A DNA stretch of 62,846 nt, the filler included. It is 5 parts of 5 records of this genome, joined end to end, with 100 filler letters (N's around TTAATTAATTAA, not from the genome) between each part and the next. Parts side by side here need not be neighbours in the genome. Positions count along the whole stretch, not along the records: positions 56,778 to 62,846 come from DRR723986_9014; 4 more parts are not named here. One strand, 5' to 3'. A model generated the notes under the pieces. The model worked only from the letters and a program-made list of their open reading frames with translations. It did no database searches and was not told the origin of the DNA. The translations under genes and the position numbers were made by a program. Below are positions 57,833 to 62,846 of the stretch, one piece after another (position 1 is the first letter of the stretch; every line of letters begins with the position of its first letter).

Positions 57833-59377
57833 TCAGCGCGGAAGCTCTGACAGTGACAAGTCCGGGGTGGAAAAGACGGGTTGCAGACTGTCGCGGGTCT
57901 GTGCCCAGTCCTCCGGTTGCAGGGTGTCGAGCGCTGAAATTGCCCGTGACGTCAACAGGATACGGCCCGGCCCGATACTTGCCGCACGGCCGAGCGCGTC
58001 GGCGGGCAGCAGCTCTGCCGGGGAAAACAGCAGCAGATAGCCGGTGCAGATATAGCCGCACTCGTCGACCACAATGTCGCCTGCGCGCACCTCATCCAGC
58101 AGCGCCGCATGGGTCACCTGCCAATAGTCGCTGTCCGCCCGCGCGAATCCCAGCATCGCGCCCGCGCCATTGGCCAGCCACAGGGCCAGGATGCCCGCCA
58201 CCAGCACCCGTTGCACCCCGCGCACAGGCGGCAGGCGCAGGACAAGCAGCAAGGCGAGGAAGGGCAACGCTGCGATCCAGAATTCCTTGTTCGTCGGCTC
58301 CCAGATCGTGGCAACAGCCGCATAGGTGGCCGCGTGCAGGGACAGCAGCGGCCCGAATCCCGGTGTCAGCACCCTGCCCCGCCGCATCAGCGCCCGCACG
58401 GACAGCGCCCAAATGGCCAGAACGCTGACCACGGTCAGAAGCAGCAAGGGCCAAAACCCGAGCGCCAGTCCGGTTGCCGCGAAATGGGCTTCCTCGACCA
58501 GTTGACGGCCCGCGAACACCCGCTCCAACGCGCCTGCGGCCTCGGGTGAAGCAAAAAGGAACAAGCTCGACCAGATCGCGGTGCCAAGCCCGATCAGGGC
58601 CTTGACCGGGGCCAGCAGCGACAGCGGCGTCCACAGCCCGTCTGCGGCATAGCCCTTGGCCCAGAGGATCAGCTCGGGGATCGAGCGATGCCCGAACAGC
58701 ACCCAACCGGCCCAAAGATAAACCGCCCCCACAACCGCGCCGAACACCGCCAACCAAAGGCAGACCGCGCCGAAGCGACGGGTGGTCAGCAGCACGATCA
58801 GCGCAGGCACCGCCAGAAACACATGACTTTGATGGATCAGCGTGGCAATGCCCGCCAGAAACGCCGCCAGGATCACGGCGCGCGGGCCCGCGCCTTCCCA
58901 GCCGACCTGCCAAAGCGCCAGGAAAGACGCCAGAACAAAGGGCAAAGGCAGCGTGTAAGTATCTGGATACATGCCATAAAGCCAGAATGCGAAGCTGCCC
59001 GCCAACAGCCACACGGCCCCAGAGGCCCCCGCCAACCCGCCGCCCGCCAGCCGGGCGATCTTCCAGACCAAAGCCAGCGTCCACAGCGCCGCCAGCAGGC
59101 TGGCCACCTGCATGACCGCCAGCGCCGTCACCCCTGGCCAGACGGCCTGCGCCGCGCGGGTCAGGCCCTGCATCACGGGTTCATAGATCAGGTGGTTCGG
59201 ATGCCATTGCGCCACGCCACCGGCGACGTGATCGACATAATAGACCGCGTCCTCACCTTCGGTGAAATTCTGCGGGAAGGTCAGCAGGTAAAGCAGCCCG
59301 ATCAGGGCGATGGACAGCCCCGGCAGCAGCCTGTCGCTGCGCGTTTCAACGAGGCTGACACCCTGTCTCACCGCCAT
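57833..59377 (-). CDS. Polytopic membrane protein, GT-C glycosyltransferase-like
   Basis: First TM followed by an acidic loop (EGEDAVYY, HPNHLIY) and roughly ten more TM segments. Confidence 0.6.
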   Translation of the reverse strand: MAVRQGVSLVETRSDRLLPGLSIALIGLLYLLTFPQNFTEGEDAVYYVDHVAGGVAQWHPNHLIYEPVMQGLTRAAQAVWPGVTALAVMQVASLLAALWTLALVWKIARLAGGGLAGASGAVWLLAGSFAFWLYGMYPDTYTLPLPFVLASFLALWQVGWEGAGPRAVILAAFLAGIATLIHQSHVFLAVPALIVLLTTRRFGAVCLWLAVFGAVVGAVYLWAGWVLFGHRSIPELILWAKGYAADGLWTPLSLLAPVKALIGLGTAIWSSLFLFASPEAAGALERVFAGRQLVEEAHFAATGLALGFWPLLLLTVVSVLAIWALSVRALMRRGRVLTPGFGPLLSLHAATYAAVATIWEPTNKEFWIAALPFLALLLVLRLPPVRGVQRVLVAGILALWLANGAGAMLGFARADSDYWQVTHAALLDEVRAGDIVVDECGYICTGYLLLFSPAELLPADALGRAASIGPGRILLTSRAISALDTLQPEDWAQTRDSLQPVFSTPDLSLSELPR

Positions 59378-59470
59378 TTCCGTCCCTTTGTGTGCATCCT
59401 GTCGAGATCGTTAGCACGTCCTGACAAATCCGGCCAACAATCAGCTAGGAAGATCGGGCAAACACTAAGG

Positions 59471-60601
59471 CTACAGTGGCGCGATATCACCTTCGGCCCG
59501 TTCCGCATGGAACCGCGCCTCGAACCCGGCGAAGTCATCGGCTTCGATGGCATCCCGCATGTCCTGCATAAGCTCCTGAAAGTAGTGCAGGTTGTGCCAG
59601 GTCAGCAGCATGGAGCTGATGATCTCCTTGGCGCGGAGGACATGGTGCAGATAGGCGCGGGAATAGCCGGTGCAGGCGGGACAGCTGCAATGTTCGTCCA
59701 GCGGGCGCGGATCGTCCTGATGACGGGCGTTCTTGATATTGACCACACCGCGCCGGGTGAAAGCCTGGCCTGTCCGGCCAGAGCGTGAGGGCAGCACGCA
59801 ATCCATCATGTCGATCCCGCGTTTCACGGCGCCGACGATGTCGTCGGGCTTGCCCACACCCATCAGGTAACGCGGTTTGTCGGCGGGCAGGAAATCGGGC
59901 GCGTAGTCGAGGCAGCCGAACATTGCGTCTTGTCCCTCGCCCACGGCGAGACCACCGACGGCGTAGCCTTCAAAGCCGATCTCTTTCAGGGCCTCTGCAC
60001 TTTCTTCGCGCAGGTCGCGTTCAAGACCGCCCTGCATGATGCCGAACAACGCATGGCCCGGCCTGTCGCCAAAGGCGTCCCGGCTGCGCTTGGCCCATCT
60101 CATCGACAGACGCATACTATCGGCGATCCGGGCGCGGTCGGCGGGCAGCGCCGGGCATTCGTCGAAACACATGACGATGTCAGAGCCCAACAGCCGCTGA
60201 ATTTCCATCGAGCGTTCCGGGGTCAGCATGTGGCGCGAGCCATCCACATGGCTGCGGAAGGTCACGCCTTCCTCGGTCAGTTTGCGCAGATCGGCGAGGC
60301 TCATCACCTGAAAACCGCCACTATCGGTCAGAATGGGTTTGTCCCAGTTCATGAACTTGTGCAATCCGCCAAGCCGATCAATGCGTTCCGCCGTGGGCCG
60401 CAGCATCAGATGATAGGTGTTGCCGAGCAGGATATCCGCGCCGGTCGCGGCCACGCTTTCCGGCATCATGGCTTTCACGGTGGCGGCAGTCCCCACCGGC
60501 ATGAAGGCGGGCGTGCGGATCTGCCCCCTGGGCGTGAAGATGACCCCCCTGCGGGCCTTGCCGCTGGTCGCTGTCACCGTAAAGTCGAACCGGCTTTTCA
60601 T
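59471..60601 (-). CDS. tgt: tRNA-guanine transglycosylase
   Basis: [34 protein letters not shown] and CxCxxC..H zinc site; ATG 60601 has an AGGTGA Shine-Dalgarno (60619 is an alternative). Confidence 0.97.
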   Translation of the reverse strand: MKSRFDFTVTATSGKARRGVIFTPRGQIRTPAFMPVGTAATVKAMMPESVAATGADILLGNTYHLMLRPTAERIDRLGGLHKFMNWDKPILTDSGGFQVMSLADLRKLTEEGVTFRSHVDGSRHMLTPERSMEIQRLLGSDIVMCFDECPALPADRARIADSMRLSMRWAKRSRDAFGDRPGHALFGIMQGGLERDLREESAEALKEIGFEGYAVGGLAVGEGQDAMFGCLDYAPDFLPADKPRYLMGVGKPDDIVGAVKRGIDMMDCVLPSRSGRTGQAFTRRGVVNIKNARHQDDPRPLDEHCSCPACTGYSRAYLHHVLRAKEIISSMLLTWHNLHYFQELMQDMRDAIEADDFAGFEARFHAERAEGDIAPL

Positions 60602-60788
60602 CTGATCACCTATTGCCATGGTCAGGCGCTGTCATAGGCGATTTTGCCAAGATGCCAAGAGAGGACGCCAAAAGTCCCCCCAGGTGCGGGGGCGTCGGAA
60701 CTTTTCATTTCCGTCTGCTCTGGACCTTGCCGGGGCCTTTCCTTATATCTTTGCTCAACAATTGGTTTTCCAAGCCGGATGGCACGCA

Positions 60789-61142
60789 ATGCAAGAGCAG
60801 CTGGAGGGCGCGCCCCTCATCAAACCGTCCTCGACCGAGCACCCCCTTTACGACACGATCGTAGAGGCCTGCCGCACGGTCTATGACCCAGAAATTCCGG
60901 TGAATATCTACGATCTGGGCCTGGTCTACACGATCGAGATCAACCCCGAGAACGAGGTTGAGGTAACCATGACCCTGACCGCGCCGGGCTGCCCTGTTGC
61001 GGGCGAAATGCCCGGTTGGCTGGCCGACGCGATCCTGCCGGTCGATGGCGTCAAGACCGTCAATGTCGAGATTACCTGGGATCCGCCCTGGGGGATGGAG
61101 ATGATGTCGGACGAGGCCCGGCTGGAGCTTGGCTTCATGTAA
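60789..61142 (+). CDS. sufT: SUF-associated DUF59 Fe-S assembly protein
   Basis: VYDPEIPVNIYDLGLVY, MTLTAPGCP, WDPPW...MSDEARLELG. Confidence 0.92.
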   Translation: MQEQLEGAPLIKPSSTEHPLYDTIVEACRTVYDPEIPVNIYDLGLVYTIEINPENEVEVTMTLTAPGCPVAGEMPGWLADAILPVDGVKTVNVEITWDPPWGMEMMSDEARLELGFM

Positions 61143-61143
61143 G

Positions 61144-61192
61144 ATCAAGTCTTTTGGCTTGATTTTCTAAATATCAAGTCTTATGGCTTGAT
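61144..61192. repeat. Two direct copies of a 20-bp palindrome ATCAAGTCTTWTGGCTTGAT (candidate operators)
   Basis: 61144-61163 and 61173-61192, identical at 19/20 positions, with ATCAAG/CTTGAT arms. Confidence 0.9.
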
Positions 61193-61194
61193 GT

Positions 61195-61842
61195 ATGACC
61201 TATCCCCTTCCTCATGTCGCGGTTCTGACCGGCGATCTTGTCAACTCGACCGGGGCTGGCAGTGATCTGGTGAACCAGGCCATTGGCCGCGTGGACACAA
61301 TGGCAGCCGCAATCGGCACATGGCCGGGCAACGGTCGCGCGCATTTCACCCGATTTCGCGGCGATGGCTGGCAGTTTCTGATCCCGAGAGCGCATTATGC
61401 CCTTCGCGCCCTAGTCTGCGTTCATGCGGTGTTGAAAACGGTGGACGCATTCCCGCTAAGTCGGATTTCCACCGGGCTCGGGTCGGTCGATCAGTTGCCG
61501 GGGGACGATCTGTCCGATGCATCCGGCAATGCGTTGGTCGCGTCAGGGCAGGCGTTGGACCGTCTGGAAAAATCGCGTCTCTTCTGCATCTCGGGCGATG
61601 GTGTAACTCCGCTGCACCAGGCGGTACTGGATCTTGTTGAAGAGCAAGTGACGCGCTGGACTGCGGAACAGGCAGAGGCAACCGCCTTCTTCCTGTCCCC
61701 GGACAATCCAACACAGAAATCCATAGCAGAGACGCTTCATATCTCGGTACAGGCGGTCCATGCGCGCCTGAAAGGCGCGGGCGCACATGCGTTGCGGCGC
61801 GCGGTCGAGGCCTGGGAACACGAGGAACGCACAAATGATTGA
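61195..61842 (+). CDS. satD: SatD-family protein (cyclase/palm-like N-terminus plus C-terminal HTH)
   Basis: AVLTGDLVNS, FRGDGWQ, G.AL..SGQALD, TQKSIAETLHISVQAVHARL. Confidence 0.8.
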   Translation: MTYPLPHVAVLTGDLVNSTGAGSDLVNQAIGRVDTMAAAIGTWPGNGRAHFTRFRGDGWQFLIPRAHYALRALVCVHAVLKTVDAFPLSRISTGLGSVDQLPGDDLSDASGNALVASGQALDRLEKSRLFCISGDGVTPLHQAVLDLVEEQVTRWTAEQAEATAFFLSPDNPTQKSIAETLHISVQAVHARLKGAGAHALRRAVEAWEHEERTND

Positions 61843-62548
61843 GACCGTCGCGGGGCTTCTGCTGGCCCATGTCCTGGCCGATTTTGCCTTTCAGTCCAAG
61901 ACAATGGCCACCAGCAAAGACAAGATCGGACCACTGATGGCGCATACCGGCGTGGTCTTTGTGCTGAGCTATGCGGCGCTTGGCGGTGCTCATTGGGCGG
62001 CGCTGTTCGTGGCGGTGCTGCATATGCAGATCGACTATGCCAAGGCACGGCTCGGGTCTGATGACAGCCTTGCCCATTTCCTGATTGATCAGGGTGCGCA
62101 TCTGATGTCGATCCTTGCCGCCGGACTGCTGTGGACCGATGCCTATGCCACCGGGCTTTGGGCGCAGATGCCCGTCCTGACCGCGCAAGCGCCACAGGCC
62201 ATGGCCCTGATCGCCGGATTTCTGCTGGCCACCCGTGCGGGGCAGTTTGCCGTGGGCAAGCTGATGGCGCCTTATGCCGCCTCGCTGCCCGAAGCGGAAG
62301 GTCTGTCCAATGGCGGCGCGGTCATCGGCGTGCTGGAACGCGGGCTGACCTTCATTCTTGTGCTGACCGGCCAGATGGCGGGCGTTGGCTTTCTGATCGC
62401 GGCCAAATCCTTCTTGCGGGTCGGAAGTATCGAGAAGGACCGCAAACTGGCCGAATACGTGATTATCGGAACGCTGGCCTCGATCGGATGGGCGCTATTG
62501 GCCGGAATTGGCACCTCGGCGCTGATTTCCCTGCTTGCCGGTGCTTGA
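61835..62548 (+). CDS. DUF3307 membrane protein
   Basis: AHVLADF.FQ, HMQIDYAK, FLIDQGAH, IGVLERGL, EYVIIGTLAS; start overlaps the satD stop. Confidence 0.85.
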   Translation: MIETVAGLLLAHVLADFAFQSKTMATSKDKIGPLMAHTGVVFVLSYAALGGAHWAALFVAVLHMQIDYAKARLGSDDSLAHFLIDQGAHLMSILAAGLLWTDAYATGLWAQMPVLTAQAPQAMALIAGFLLATRAGQFAVGKLMAPYAASLPEAEGLSNGGAVIGVLERGLTFILVLTGQMAGVGFLIAAKSFLRVGSIEKDRKLAEYVIIGTLASIGWALLAGIGTSALISLLAGA

Positions 62549-62600
62549 GAACCGCCGCCACCTGCCCTAGATTTGGGGGAACTGGAAAAGGACCATTCCC

Positions 62601-62846
62601 ATGTTCGGCATTCCCGGCAAACAGGCCGTGACCGTTACCCCGGCAGCCTCTCGGCAGATTGCCAAGCTGATGGCCTCTGGCGGATCGCAGGGCTTGCGCA
62701 TTGGCGTCAAGAAGGGCGGCTGCGCGGGTATGGAATATACGATGGACTACGTGTCCGAGATCGACCCGCTGGATGAGATCGTGGAACAGGACGGCGCGCG
62801 GGTGATGATCGCGCCGATGGCGCAGATGTTCCTTTTTGGCACCGAG
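62601..62846 (+). CDS. sufA: HesB/IscA/SufA A-type Fe-S carrier (3' end runs off the window)
   Basis: Read by hand: MFGIPGKQAVTVTPAA...LRIGVKKGGCAGMEY...MFLFGTE. Confidence 0.9.
   Translation, partial: MFGIPGKQAVTVTPAASRQIAKLMASGGSQGLRIGVKKGGCAGMEYTMDYVSEIDPLDEIVEQDGARVMIAPMAQMFLFGTE

Noticed and set aside
61144-61192. Possible mini-CRISPR array
   Set aside because: Only two 20-bp repeats with a 9-bp spacer and no cas genes; fits operator sites better.

Overview
This is not one genome. It is five unrelated contigs joined by 100-bp N/TTAATTAATTAA/N spacers; taxonomy below is inferred from gene content only. (1) 1-12209, GC-rich gammaproteobacterium (Halieaceae-like): dksA-gluQ-cbrX-cbrA-cbrB-[CrcZ-like sRNA with sigma54 promoter]-pcnB-folK-dNK-panB-panC-acs, all on the minus strand. 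(2) 12310-27484, Marinobacter-like type VI secretion locus: tssC-tagJ-tssE-tssF-tssG-clpV-lipoprotein-hcp-vgrG, two eroded adaptor genes, a pesticin-like muramidase with a candidate immunity gene, and an Rhs protein. (3) 27585-40795, probably alphaproteobacterial: a gcvH-selA-selB-selC(tRNA-Sec)-oxidoreductase/selD operon with a divergent LysR, a minimal tyrosine recombinase inside short degenerate repeats, and a LysR-linked cluster of DmdA/GcvT-like methyltransferase, two acyl-CoA ligases, crotonase and aldehyde dehydrogenase. (4) 40896-56677, planctomycete: argB-argD-argF, DUF1559, ogt, Crp/Fnr and hypotheticals. (5) 56778-62846, Rhodobacteraceae-like: lon, a GT-C-like membrane protein, tgt, sufT, satD-DUF3307, sufA/iscA. 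Best candidates for undescribed biology: the satD-DUF3307 module behind twin palindromes, the orphan lipoyl-carrier gcvH heading the selenocysteine operon (its UGA stop is in frame with selA), the repeat-flanked minimal recombinase, and the duplicated-module CrcZ-like RNA outside Pseudomonas. All family assignments come from motif recognition, not database searches.
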